A stretch of DNA of 64,000 nucleotides. Origin: the human T2T-CHM13v2.0 reference genome, Homo sapiens. The number at the start of each line of letters is the position of its first letter. Position 1 is the stretch's first letter. Where the stretch lies: assembly GCF_009914755.1 (NCBI RefSeq), contig NC_060928.1. One strand, written 5' to 3'. Made by a program: the position numbers and the translations under genes. Below, piece after piece: positions 29,308 to 44,266 of this stretch. The notes below the pieces were generated by a model. It was not told where the DNA came from, ran no database searches, and saw only the letters and a list, made by a program, of their open reading frames with translations.

Positions 29308-32300
29308 TTATATGAAATTTTCCAGGCTTCAGGCTGAATAGACCACTTTTATATGGAAGGCATACTTCAGATATCTTAGATAAATGTTTTCTTTGATAAA
29401 AAAAATTTTGAGCTTCTCCTTGTAATATTTGTTTTTCTTAAATTGCCTCTCCTTCCTCCACACAATCATTAGCCTCTGAAAAATAAAGATATATTATCTT
29501 TTTAAATTGAAGCAAACTTTTATCTTTTAAGATTAATTGACATTATCTAATCTATTTTGTTTAAACGAAGTTCATACTTACAAGAGGGATTGAAAGTGAA
29601 GTGACATTTGCCTCTAAATCGAGATAGCAGATGTTGCAAACCCAGTAAATGCCTTAAAAAAAATACAGTTTACAGCAAAAAGTAAACTCTGAAAGAAAAC
29701 ACTGCAATCAAAATAACGATACACTTGATCAGCTTTAAAACTGATGTATACATTTTGTATATTTTATGTTTGCCTTTAGTCAGTCTACATTTCCTTGTAT
29801 CTTTCACCCATTCTTTTTAATTCTAATCTTTTTCCTACAGAAAAGGATGTTTTAATTATTATATTGAAGTGGACATTAGTTTCTTGATGCCAAATCGTGT
29901 TCTGTCTGGTGGAGCGTATTTTCTCAAGGGAGAAAAATTCAAAACCTAATGCCCCTATGTGAAATCTACATGTGCAGTGTAAAACAAAGGATCACGCAGG
30001 CTGGATAAAGACAATGGAAGACTTTGGGTGGCTTCTTACAGTTCTCTAAGGACCCATGAGCCGTTCCATCTTCAGCCGTTCCACCCACATTCTCTCCCTT
30101 TTTTGAGGACTTTTTCTCTCTCTCTTTTTTTTTTTGTAGTTATTGAAGCTTTAAAACATGATAGAAAAGAAATTCTCATTTAAAACATTTTAAAAGAGAA
30201 TAAGATAAAAATATTTCACAAAAATATCAGTCGACTCATGAAAATGAATTGGGAAGTCATTCTTCCGGTATTTAGCATTGTTCAAGTATGGCTTCCTCGA
30301 AAAAGACTGGAGTATTTTATATTCTTTCAGGTCTTTAAAAGCAGCAGAAGGCTTTGGTTAACAGAGCAGAATTTCCCTTATTTAGGTAAATGTTACACTG
30401 AAAGTAGTAATCCTTTTGAAATGCTAATTTTTTCATTTAAACCTAGTAAGCTGGAGGAATTTGAACGTGTGTGAGAAGTCTTTTATTTCTTTGGTCATAA
30501 CCTATTATTTTCTTGAACTTTTGGATGGCAGTTATCATATTGTGTGATATGTCCTCAGTTTCAGATTTCCGGAGACATGTAATGAAAACAATACAATCAA
30601 CAGTGAAGATAATATATCAAATATATCAGTGCCCATTGCACTGATGGAATAAGAGCTAGGCTGTTACAGTCAGCAAAAAACAAAAAACAAAAAACCCAAA
30701 CCAGTGAGCTAAGCACTCTGGGTTTTGGTGTTGTGTTTACGAACCATGTGTGTATATTTAAATATGTCTGGGGAAATAGTTTGTCTCTAAGGCAATTCAA
30801 TCAGTACTCATTTAACGAAAGACTGGTACTTTCGGAAAATATCTTAAATTTCAGTGCAGCACAAAGGAGCCAGTTTCTACCCTAAATTTTCAGGAGTTGT
30901 ATATGATTTAAATTTTAGAGCTTAATTTTTGTGTCATTTGGCAAGGATGACAGCCCTGTGGGACCCTGTTGCCTTTCCCCTTGCACATGTTAGACAGATC
31001 TGTATCTCTTTTATCGGAGAAGCCTTCTAACACAGTTTTGAGTCTATAGGAGTTCTGTAAGCGCATCATGATAATGTACCCCCAAAGCACAAACTTTGTA
31101 AACATTTTTAAACACGTAATGGATGAGATCATTAACTGTTTTAGGAAGAAAGCTGATCAGCAATGGAAGAAAAGAGGTTCTTATTGTAAGGTAACTAACC
31201 TAGGACCCGCTGTCTCGTTCACTCCCCTAGCATTGTATTGCCAAAGAAGTTAAAATCAACACTTACAGAGGATTATGGTATATTATGCTTTTCAGTAGAG
31301 ATTCCAAGACTCCAGAATGGCTTGTGTTTCATGCAAGCATCTTTAGCAACTACCTGATGGCCAGCAGTCCAGCTAGATCTGAGTCAGAGATCATTGTGGC
31401 ACCGTGTGGTGACTCCTGGAGATGGCAGTGTGTGTGTCCCTGGGATGACCAACAGCAGCCAGAGAGATTTTTTCCTGGGAGGTCACACAGCCTGCCAGAA
31501 TTGGGCTTATGTGTATGGGGAGAGGATGGGTTCAGAGAATTAGAGTGATCAAGACTAGTTCTTTCACAGTCAGTCCTAAAAATTTGCATCCTTCATTGTT
31601 AACATTTTTTTTTCCTGAATGAGAAGACTGAAGTACTGAAAAGTTATATTCTAAAAATGTTGGATATATTCAACCCTTCACTACACCACGTCTTAACTCT
31701 CACATCCCCTTAAATCCTTCATGCATTCTTTCTTTGCTGTTCTTTGTACATCGTTCTGTTATTCAACTTGCTCCATTCAAAGCCCTGCATTCCTGTTTCT
31801 GCAATCCCATTAAGGGCGTATTGCACACTCTGGGACTCTGCCAAGGGCCCTGCCCACTCTTCACTGTCTCTTGGATGTACGTATAGGTTCCAACCGTTGC
31901 AAAATGATGATGTTCTTCACTTCTAGGCTTTCTCGAGGTTATTCTGATAATTCTAAATTATTTCGACCCTAAAGTTATAAGAATAAAATGTGCAGGATAA
32001 TTGTCTTTTTCCCCTTTGGACATAGCTATAAAGAAGAATAGATGAAATTTGAATCGATTATGGGCTCCATCTCAGCCTGTCTTCATTGTGGGGCTAGTTC
32101 CACATAAGGTGTGAGTGGCAGATGATATACTAATCAGGAACAATTTAGTAACTTAAAGACTTTCTTCTGAACTGACAAAATTGCCCCATCTTAGAATAAA
32201 GGTCATAACCATCCCACTGACTATATATATAAGCAGTTAATTTTTTTGAGTGTACATTTGCTGCTATATCCTACAGATAAAACTGTAAACTGAAAATGCA

Positions 32301-32863
32301 TTCATCTGCCTTTTAAGATCCTAAAACTCTCAAAATATGTGTATATAGTCCGTGAAGAATCTCAATACGAGTTTCAGGAGTTGGTCAAGTCATCCCCTGT
32401 AACTTTGCTTTTCTCCTTTTATCTTGTAAAGTAGCCTTACGTCTTTGATCCACTCGTCCAAAAAAAGATCATAGCATTGCAGTTATGGATTTTATTTCAG
32501 ATGTTTATTTAAATTTTTTAATGAATTTTGATATTCTTGTTACTATATAGAACAAGATTTTAGCTGTGTTGGAGCATTTCCACTTGTAATATAGCCCAAT
32601 ATAATGCCAAATTAAATGGAAATAGTTGTAGGCCAAATTCTGTTGGATTATTATTTTTAGCTTACTCTTTTCTTCTTTCAAACACTGCTTTAAAAATAAT
32701 TATTAAAAAAAAAAACGGTACCCGGAGTGCCATTATTTTCTTCTCTCAGCTTCACACAGAGCTCCCTCAGGGTAGAATTGGTGTCAAAAAAAAGGTAGTG
32801 AATATATTCAAGGTTTACTTGCAGTTTGCAGCTGCCATAGGGTGTAATGGTTATTATATTTGG

Positions 32864-33049
32864 CAGCAGTTCTCCAACTTGAGCTTGCAGCAGAATCACT
32901 GGAAGGGGCTGGTTAAGGGCACTGGATCCCATCTTAGACTCTAATTTCATAGATCTGGGGTGGGGCTCCAGAATTTGCATTTCTAACAAGTTCTTAGGCG
33001 ATGTTGATGTTGATGCTGACAGACTGAGACCACCCATTGAGAACCTCTG
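32864..33049. mobile_element. MER5A (hAT-Charlie) relic
   Basis: 'cagcagttctccaactt...agaatttgcatttctaacaagttc...ttgagaacctctg', about 185 bp with CAG...CTG ends. Confidence 0.85.
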
Positions 33050-33499
33050 CTTAATGGTAATGTCTGCATTCACGTGTAACAGATATACATATGTGTGTGT
33101 GTTTGTGTGTGTTATATACACATAGGTATTTTTTGCAAGTTACGCAGTGGTGCCCTCCAAGGCCCACCTATGGATCTGATTGTGACTGTCCTCCAAACCT
33201 TAGAGGACGCTGGATAATGACTCTTTGGAATGGGTCATGGCGTTACTGTCTCTAAAACAATTAGGCGGTTGGGAAAAAAGCAAAATAATGAAAGTGAATT
33301 AAGAGAACAGAGTATTTGAGGTGACAGAAGTGTGAGCATCTAGAGGACTTGGTATATTATGTATCAACACTGCCCAAGGATGCATTTCTGTGGCTTTAAC
33401 TAACTTGCAGAAACCTGAGGCAAGTTGTGGTTAGTGAAGGAAAGGGACCGGAATCGCCAAGAACAAAAGGAGCCATGGGATTACCTGGGGGTGTTATGT

Positions 33500-33640
33500 A
33501 AGAGCAGCCCTTTGAGATGGGTATTACCACCCTCATTTTACTGAAGAGAAATGTCGATTCAGAGAAAGTACAGAACTTGCACAAGGTCATAAAGCCATTA
33601 TATAATAGAATTGAGATTCAAACCTCTTCATCTGGTCCCC
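33500..33640 (-). mobile_element. MIR relic
   Basis: 'ctcattttactgaagagaaatg...aacttgcacaaggtcat...gagattcaaacc'. Confidence 0.6.
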
Positions 33641-35099
33641 ATACAATGCTACATCTAGTGGAAAAAGAACAAGAATTTGCCATTTATATCATACTGCCTT
33701 CCCCCATCCACCAATAAATCTTATTGCTAACTATTTTGTTGTTTTTACTCTGTTAGCAACATCTTAATGTATCCTGATTGAAAAATATTCTCAGAATTCA
33801 GGAGTATATAGTATAAATGTATAAAGAATAAATGTAAATTGTGTATGTGTGTATATATGTAGATATATACACACATAAAATATATAGTGTAGAAAATAAA
33901 TACGTAAAGTATATAGAATCATGTATATAGCATATACTTCCAGTCCTTTTTATGCATTTACAAACATGCATGTGTATTTTTTATTCTAAATTAAATCCTA
34001 CTATATCTATTTTTCTCAATTCTGAGCTTATTACTGAATTTAGTGGTAAACAAATTTAATGGTAAACAGGTTGTTTGCTAAACCTCACCAAACAATTTAT
34101 ATGAACTGCTTTTAACAATTTATAATGACTTCATTAGACAATTAATAACTTATATCCAAAGAGAATACTCAGGGAGAAAAGCAGACTTATTTTTCTGTCT
34201 TACACTCTGTAAAAAGAACAATGTCAGTACATACAAACGCTCATTGCATTTTTCATTTAGGCATTCAATGACCACCTACTTTAAATTGCTTAGTGTTTGC
34301 AAGAAAGCCATTTTCCCTCTCAAAAAAAAAATACAGCAAAGAAGAAACTGGCCAAGGGCTAATTTGCAATTCAAAGAACAGGTATTGTTATGTAAGAAGT
34401 CAGAATAAGATATTTTCATTGCTTTCCGAGTTTCACCTTGTGTTACTTGTATGTGCTATAGCCTTTAGTCCCACAATGTAAAAAGCAAATCTTTTGAGTT
34501 TTACAACCATCTTACAAAATCATTTTTGTAAGAGACCATGCAGCGACTACCTATTAAACTAATGTCAGGAGTTTAGAGTAGTAGCCTGACAAAGAAACTC
34601 ACTCCTCTCCTCTTCTCATCCAGCATTGGTTACATAAACATCAGTCTGAGAAGGACAAAGCTTTGGTTGTTTGGAAATGGCTCCAGAAACTCGACATTTA
34701 AACACTTCCATTTGTACTGAAAACTCTGGCTATTTTTGGAGTGCTGTGCTTTGGTTGGTTTTGCATTTGTTTTGGAGAATAACAAATATATTTAAAATGT
34801 TTTAGTAATTAGAGAAGGCAGATACCTTTGTCTATAAAGCCAGTTATGTTTTCCACATTTCAGTGGCACCCCAAGCTAAAAGATGGTGAAGGTGTATTTG
34901 AGAAGAATAAAGGTAGGTAACAGAGTGGAGAGCTGTCTGTAAAGGGTATGTTTGTTATAATTCTGGATATCCTGGCTGTTGGCTAAGGTAAGCAGATCTG
35001 ACTGTGTTACTTAGCTTTCCACAGATAATTTATGGAACACCTCAGGGAACAGCTTTCATATTTTACAAGTTATTTTTATGAATATTCTAAGAAAGTCCT

Positions 35100-35401
35100 T
35101 TATTATGTATTTATTTATTTAGATACAGGGTCTTGCTCTGTCATCCAGGCTGGAGTGTAGTGGTGCAAACATGGGTTACTGCAGCCTCAACCTCTGGGCT
35201 TCAGCGATTCTCCCACCTCAGCCTCCCACGTAGCTGGGACCACAGGTGCGCGCCACCACACCTGGCTAATTTTTAAATTTTTTTGTAGAGACAGGGTCTG
35301 CCTTTGTTGCCCAGGCTGGTCTTGAACTCCTAGACTCAAGCAAGCATTCTGCCTCTGCCTCCCAAAGTGCTGGGAACAGGTGTAAGCCACCACACTCAGC
35401 C
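35100..35401 (-). mobile_element. AluJ inserted in the tail of the adjacent L1MA
   Basis: Antisense Alu with J features; lies inside the L1 TSD pair. Confidence 0.92.
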
Positions 35402-36168
35402 TATTTTTTAACATTTTTTTTATTGATATGTAACAGATGTACATATTCTGGGGATACATCTGATGACTTAATACAAATCATATAATTTGTAAAGATCAAA
35501 TTAGTATAACTGGGATATCCATCACCTTAAATAGTTGTCTTTTCTTTATGCTGGAAATATTGAAATTCTTCTTTTGTAGTTATTTTGAAATACACAATAG
35601 ATTACTGTAAACTATAGTTACCCTACTGATCCGTGAAACACTAGGTCTTATTTTTTCTATCAAACTGTATATTTGTACCCACTTATCATCCTCTCTTCAT
35701 CTTCCCCTCACCCCCCTACTCTTCTTGGTTTCTGGTGAGATCTGCTTTTTTAGCCCCCTGCATATGAGAGAGAATGTGGAGCATCGTCTGTCTGTGCCTG
35801 GCTTATTTCACGTAACGTAATGTCCTCCAGTTCCATCCATGTTGCTGCAAATGACCGGATTTCACTAATTTTTATGACTGAGTAATATTCCATTGTGTGT
35901 ATGGACTAAATTTTCTTTATCCATTCATCTGTTGATGGACACTTAGGGCGATTTCATATCTTGGCTATAGTGAATAGATCTGGGATAAACATGGGAGCAC
36001 AGATCTCTCTTCAATATACTGACTTCCTTTCTTGTGGGTAGATACCCAGTAGTGGAATTGCTCGATCATATGGTAGTTCTGTTTTTAGTTCTTTTGAGGA
36101 ACCTCCATATAGTTTTCCATAGTGGCTATACTAATTTGTATTCCCACCAACAGTGTATGAAGGTTCTC
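35402..36168 (-). mobile_element. L1MA (MA2/MA3-like) 3' end
   Basis: 'gggatatccatcacctt...ccagttccatccatgttgctgcaaatgac...tacccagtagtggaattgct'; TSD-like ctaagaaag at 35087 and 36169. Confidence 0.88.
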
Positions 36169-36652
36169 CTAAGAAAGCCATTTTTAAGTGTTCCTTTTTC
36201 CTACTGTGTTAACTAGTAATATGAAAAAGAACAAAAAAAGTGTATCAAAATTAGCAACTCCACATAGCCAACTTAATAATAACCTACTGTAGTAAATTTA
36301 TTACCTACTAAATAATACTTAGATATAATAAGAATTATACAGTTGGGGACAGTCTGTAATAACAGTTTTTTTATACTTCTGTTTTTGATAATTTATCCCC
36401 AATTCTGAAATGGTTCTATTAAAGAAAGCCCAGATTTTTCAAGTAAAGGTTGTTTCTTATTCATATGGTACTTTCTGTATAAGTGTAGCTTTCACTGACA
36501 AATAGATGAGTTATTCTTACATGTTATCTACAATGTAGAAAATCAAATCAACATACTGAACTCATATAATACTGACAACTATGAAAAATCATCAGTTAGT
36601 GAACTGTAACAGTTATCCCAATGCCAGGAAATAGCAAATAAAAAGTATCTAG

Positions 36653-36967
<315 letters not shown>

Positions 36968-38068
36968 TAATTCATTCTTTTCAAAATAGTCACTCATCCA
37001 TTCAACACATACTTATTTAGCATGCACTGAAGTTCGAGACACTGATTTGGACACTCAGTGTTACAAGCTTGTGAGTTGTAATTCTAAAAGGCTGAGTATT
37101 TTTAAAACAAAACCTTCCAGAGCTCCAGCACTAAAATGAACATTGCCCTTCAGAGAGTTCACCTTGGGCAGTTATGGCTGTTCCGGCATCGTGAGGGTGA
37201 TGTCTCCCCTGTGGCAGCCAGGTCAGGGGACACACAGGAATGTGGGCTAATTAATGTCAGCACCCCGTGTTTGTCCCTCAGTGTTTTGTCATACACGCCT
37301 TACTGATGTGACTTAACTTCAGACTTTTAGGTGTTTCAAATAACAAATGCGCTTTTAAAGAATAATGGCCTCTATCTGACAGAATAAGAAAAGCAATAGA
37401 ATACAATATTAGCTTTGAAGACTACTTGCAAAAATTTGTTCCAGCAAAGGCTTTGGTAAGAGCAGCACTATCCAAATCCAAATCGGGGCATTCCCTACCA
37501 AGACCACTTTGCTGATGCTCCCGCTTGCCCAGTCCTAACGCACCAGGATGTTGGCTGAAACACTGGATCATTGTCTTACATGTGCCATTACATATTACGT
37601 CGTCTATGCAGTCAAATCATGTGGTATAACTTTACTGCATAGACACACTTCACACACCTCCAGGTCACTGTGGATCGTGTAGGCAGCCTTCCAACAAGAC
37701 CAGAGTAAAGGCTCATTTGAAAACATCCACAGTTGATTTTGAGGATCCCCAAATTGCTGTCGTCACTTAATCCTTTTTCTGAATAAAAATTACCAAGATC
37801 ATGAGTCACCACCTGATCTTATGTTGGTATCAATGTTTCCTTTGTAAAGAAAGGCAGGAGGCATGAGCACTCTGTTTCCGGATATGGATGTGTGTGAAGA
37901 TAAATAAGGAAGAACTGCATTTTTTTACAGCAATTAAGTGCCATACCTGATCATCTCATAGCTACATGGCATTTGTAATAAATAAATGACACAACTAAAT
38001 GAAATTTAAAAGATGTAATTAGCAAATTTTATTAAAATGTCACAAGCTATTTACTTGTTCTACAAACA

Positions 38069-38906
<838 letters not shown>

Positions 38907-38913
38907 TAATGTC

Positions 38914-38931
38914 TGGCGACCGCGAAGGGAC
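38914..38931 (+). promoter_or_regulatory. Primer-binding site, tRNA-Arg(TCG)
   Basis: tggcgaccgcgaagggac is complementary (1 mismatch) to the remembered tRNA-Arg-TCG 3' end ...gtcccttcgtggtcgCCA; just downstream of the 5' LTR. Confidence 0.8.
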
Positions 38932-40348
38932 TGTAGTGCAGAAACCCTGAGCCGCGGGGTCAGGGGTTGTTGGGGGTCCTATAACGTCTTGCGAACCACA
39001 AAGAGAAGACCCCCGACCCAAAGGAAATAGACTGCAGCACTGATTGGGTGACAGTGGATAAGTGGTGGGTTCCTGGGTAAATAATGGGATTGGGTTAGTG
39101 GCCCATCTTAGGGGAGCTCCCCATGTCCCTTGATCCTGCCCTCTTAATAAAAGGCAGAGGCGCTTGACCTTGGGTTAGAGGCCCAACTTAGGAGGGTTAG
39201 AGGCCCCTGAATCTTAATTCAGGGGGTTAGAGGCCCCTCTCTATAAAGTCCGCCTCTGCTAAGAACAGCTTTGGCACTATGAGATGTTAACTGCTGTTCT
39301 CTTTGGATTCATCTGCGTTGCACTCTTTATTAATGGCTGTGGGTAACGGGATTAGGCATGTACAGGATTGAGGGACATGGGCAATTCCCCCCCCTACCTT
39401 CACGACAGCACCCTCAGCCGCCTAAACTTTTCAGTGTTCCTGCAATGGTAGGTCTTCCTCTGGCCTCCCTGAGCATTTCGCCTTGCCCACCCTGCCACGG
39501 ACAGTGCTTTTTATTCGCTCCTTTCCCTTTCTTATCTCTCTGTTACTCAGGGCAACCATGTTGCTCAGAGACCACGTGTCGAAACTCTTAAGTCAGAGGT
39601 TGGATTAAAGATGACGGGGCTCACCCATCTGGGGGCAAATTTAAGCTTTGCCAATTTGATATTGGGTGCTAAGCAGAGTGGCTAATGTCTGTGTTTTATC
39701 ACTTGTATTTTGCTCTGGCCAGAACGAAAAAAAAATAATTTTCCTTTATGATGCGGCTTGGCCCCCAGGGCGATGGTGCCGCAAGCCGGATCACTAGGGC
39801 CGCTCAGGGAAAGGGAACCCAGAAGCCTGGCTTGCCGGCAAAGGGTAAGAATTCTTTACCAGTCAGATTTCTGGCTTCTCTCTCTCTCTGTGCAAATGGC
39901 TAAATGAATGAAAAAAAATCAGTGTTTATCTCTTCTGTAAAGTTTTGATTAATGCGAAAAAGAATTCTAAGGCTAGTCTTAAGCTGCTGTATTTTGAGCT
40001 ATGAATTCGTTTTTCTGTGTTGAGGGTACTTCAGGATGAAACGTGGGCTTGGAACACCTGCAAGCCCGCTTTTCAAGACGGCCCAGCAAGCTGGTTAGTC
40101 GCAAACTTGGCTGCAGGTCCGTGAAACAAACAAAAGACTGGATGAAGTCTCCACGTTGTTTTATGTCCTTGGGAACTTTACATTTTAACCACGTGGCGGT
40201 ACTTTCTCTTGGTCTCTGCCTTCCAGGGAACAGGAATTTGAGGGTTCATGTCATAGTTATCTCTAAAAATCTTATTAAATAGTTAAAAGTCTTTGCAATC
40301 TCAAAATTAACTACTCTAGACTCCTTCTGGGAAAAAAGACAGAGACTG

Positions 40349-40424
40349 TCCTGTGCTGTAGCTCAGTAGCTAAGGTTTTTGCCCTTTCCCAGTGGCGGTC
40401 CAGGTTCAATTCCCTGCCTAGAAA
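40349..40424 (+). pseudogene. Degenerate tRNA-Glu(TTC)-like sequence inside the ERV internal region
   Basis: A-box-like tagctcagtagc (40359), ctttc anticodon-loop-like segment, B-box ggttcaattcc (40403); aligns by eye to tRNA-Glu. Confidence 0.55.
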
Positions 40425-43400
40425 GTAAGTCATTTCTCGTTTGATTATCTGCATGACCTTGTCTTTTCTCTTCTCCGTGGACTGTTTTAAATTTTCCTTT
40501 CTCTGAGCATCTTGGAGGTTACCTTTGGTAAAGTTCAGAAACTAAAAATATTGGCCACTTGGCATGGCTAAAGTTGGGTAATAAGAAATCTGAAAGGATT
40601 TCTTTTTTAAAGAGCACTATGGTTAAAAGTCAGCTTAATTAGAAGTGGATAAACAAGCTATAAATATATTTAAAAGGCCTTTATGTTTTTCTCTTCTTGG
40701 AACTTGTTTTTCTGAAAAATGGTTTTTTTTTCTTAGTCGACTGAATTATTTTTCTCCATTTTTTTTTTGTCTTGTCACTCTTAATGCACACGAGAGGCCC
40801 TAAGATAACTTCTGGTAGCCTGGGACTCCTTGAGAAAAACAGAGGAGGCACCACAGACTCCGTTTTGGGAAAAAACCTCTGTTTTCCTCATGAAATCCCA
40901 GGAATTAAAGGCAGGTAGTTCCCTCTCAAAATCAAAGGTTCTGTTCTGTTTTGCATTGTGTTATCTGACGTTTTTGAGTTTTGGGGGTATCAGAAATTAC
41001 TTAGCATTATAAGAGAGCTTTGGTGTATAATAACTAGGTAGGAAATATACTTTAAGGGATGGCTAATAGTAGTGATAGAGGGATACTTGACTCTTTGCAC
41101 ACTTGGATCAGAGAAGCATGTTCTTGGCTACCTGGAAGATAAGGAACCATCTCCACCCCACGCTGGAGATGAGACTCCCATGAAGGATAGGCTGATGACA
41201 AAATGGGCTGATTGGCTTTGGGCTGCCTTGCAATGAAATACAGGGTAGGATCACAGCCCTGTCTTCTCCCGTAGTGTTTCCCTCCTTTTGGGAATCCAGG
41301 AATCAGTGTAAAACAGCACCCTTAATTTTGGGGATGTGTCTTTGCCTTCAGCTGCTTATTTGCTTATTTGCTGCTTATTTGGCCCTAGAAATGCATGCTG
41401 GCCCTGTTCCTCCAACGGCTCCACCCTGAAGCCAGTCATCCAACTAAAAAATTTAAAAACTGGCAAATAAAACATCTTACAACTATTGTAATCTTCTGCC
41501 TTTCTGTGTAGCTATATATGTGTTGTGTGTAGTGCTCATATAAAAGAGCTCTAGTTAATTGGCTTAAATAAAAATAAGTGCTTAAATCAGATATTTTAAA
41601 AGCAACATAAAAACTGTAATGCCTTTTGGTTCATGTAACTTTAGTAATCTTTGAGAAATAAAAACAGCTTTAAAAATTATTGATAAAATAAAAACATTTA
41701 GTCTAAATTATGCAAGTCAAATATTAAGTTTGCTAAATGCTTTAAGGTCATAAACTGCCTCTTTAACTTTTAAAAATTGTTCAATTGACCTACCTTAAAA
41801 TTTACCTACCTTACCTACCATTAGATTCTAGTTAAGGCCTGGGGACATGTGGAGTTAGCCACGCCCCCTAGCTGTGCTGGAGAGTCAGCTCTTATCTGCA
41901 CTTCTGCCCGGTGTGTCCTGGATAGACTCCACACCTAGTACGTAATTAAAATCTCTAATTTACTATGGTTTTCACCAAAAATAGAAGTTGCTAAGAGTTA
42001 ACATTATAACATGTAATTAAAACTGTTAAAGTAACAATTTTACCTGCAAGGTATGTAAAGAAAGTAAAATGTGTTTTTGGTAGAAGATTGTAAGAAGTCA
42101 TGGGAATGTGGATTTTTTTCTGCCTAAATTAAAATGTCAAAGAATTGTTAGGTTTAAACAAGTTGTAGAAAACTTCTAAAAATTAATTGTAAGAGAGTGT
42201 GTGTGAACATACTGGCTAAAGTTAAAAGGGTATTATTCAGTTTTTCTGTAAATTCAACATTGGAATAGAAGCACAGCAGGTTTTTCTTAAAGCATTAATC
42301 TGCTCTTTCACAAAAAAAGTAAAGGGTTATAAAAGGTTTATAAGAATCTTACCTTATGGTTAAACATTACAAATGGGTAAATATATCTATAAGGTTTTAT
42401 TAAAAATTGGGTTTAACATGAATAGTACATTAACATAAAGGTAAAATTTGGCATATTTGATATAAAAATCATACAGGAAGCATTATTAAATGTGAAATGG
42501 TGTTTTGCTTTATTTGGAGTCTATTTGCATAAATGTATTATTGGCATATGTTCCGAAGTTATGGGAAACTCCTATCATTCTAATATAATTTAGTGTATGT
42601 TATTAATAATTATAATTGTTATGTAAAATTTTGTGTGCCACAGAAGTAACCAAATTTCCTTATCAATTGTGGCTTTAATAGTGGCTGTCCTAAAACTTTT
42701 TATCATCCACAGACAATTGTTGTCTTGTTTTAATCCTCTTTAGAAGGTGGTTTATAATCAACTATAGAACTCTAGCAGGTGTTCTTAAATGCAGGTTTTC
42801 TAATAACTCTGGAGATTGTAACATCAAACTAAAGGAAAAAACTTTCAAAACTCTCATAGAAAACTAAAATGTTCATAACTATCAAACAAAAGTTAACTAC
42901 ATGGACTAAACTGATGAAGTCTAATCTTTTTAACTTTGCTTGAAATGTTGCTAATCCTTTGTTTTTCAGAGTCAAGAAAACTTTTCTTTTGAGTTATTTA
43001 CAGCTTTTAACAGTTGAGTGTATGCCTATGAACAAAATTTAAGGCATATTTATTTCTCTCTACCTAATTTCTCCAGAATTTAGGAACTAGTTGTCAGTAT
43101 TCTTAACTTATGGCAATATAATTATTTGCATAGGTACAATAAGAATCTGTTTTCTTTTGTAACAGGACACAATTGGAAAAAGTGATTATTTTGCCAAGGC
43201 TTTGACTGGAATAGTGTGTTTTCCTTTAAGGAATTAAACTTAATTTTTAGAGCTGATACAAGCCCCATAGGGAACCAACCTCATACCTTGCCTAAAACAG
43301 TCCCTGTACAGGGTTTCTAGCCTGTGGTAAGTAAAAAAATGTCACTTTCTAACAAGTCCAGAAGCCTCAAGTTATCTTGGGACTTCAAGAGAAAAGAAAT

Positions 43401-44247
43401 TTACCCAATTCACAGATATTGGAGTGTGCAAACCCATGACTGGGCTCAGCTTTAAAAAAGTCTTATCTGAAATTCCTTCTGTGGAACAAAGTTCCATCAA
43501 AGCCAATTTAAAAAAAAAAAAAAAGCTTATGTGAAAAATAATTATTTCTTGCTACACTTTATACAAGTAATCATCCCAAGTATAATAAAGCAAATCAGTC
43601 TTACCATGATTTGTCTTTAATAAAAATGGGAAACCAGAAAGAGAAATATTATGTTTCAAAAACTATGGTACACTTGTTATTAGATTCTAGTCTCATCAGT
43701 TGTTTTTAAGTTTATTTCTGCAATCTAGGCTAACCCTGCTTATTCCTGTGAACCAACCAGTGATCTCTGACTGTTACTCAGAAGAGACAAGAGGGATGGG
43801 TAATGTAGAAATCTGATCAGTATTCTCATTCTGGGCGCATTACAATCAGCTAACAACCCCATGTCAGCTTAGTTCCAATAGTTGCCCAGTTCATAAAAAA
43901 GCCTTCTAATTTAGTTTACTTGAAATAACTTTACTTATTTTACTTTCCTCTTGTGGAATATATTGCTGATATACTCTTTGTATAGGAATACAGGACAAGG
44001 AATACAGGACAAGCTTACTGAATGTTTTCTTAAACACTTATTAATCTTCCAGTATCTCCTTTTGTTGAAACTCAAGAGTTATAAATAAACCTTACCATAC
44101 ATGCTTTCTGACTGAGCTCCTCTCTACCCTAAATGTAAAAGACCCTCATACTTAGGCAAAAATATCATTGCCCCTATTCAGCCTAAAAACATTACAAAAG
44201 ATGAGTCTTCGTCCCTCTGCAACCCTTAAAATGAAGGGTTCTCTTAT

Positions 44248-44264
44248 AAAAGGGAGGGGGGAAA
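44248..44264 (+). promoter_or_regulatory. Polypurine tract (PPT)
   Basis: aaaagggaggggggaaa immediately before the 3' LTR. Confidence 0.9.
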
Positions 44265-44266
44265 TG

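Noticed and set aside
43984-44013. 14-bp tandem duplication aggaatacaggaca and similar micro-duplications (about 30059, 41800, 61682)
   Set aside because: Ordinary slippage events with no sign of function.
38907-44264. gag/pol/env genes in the provirus
   Set aside because: Only ORFs under 80 aa with no retroviral motifs.
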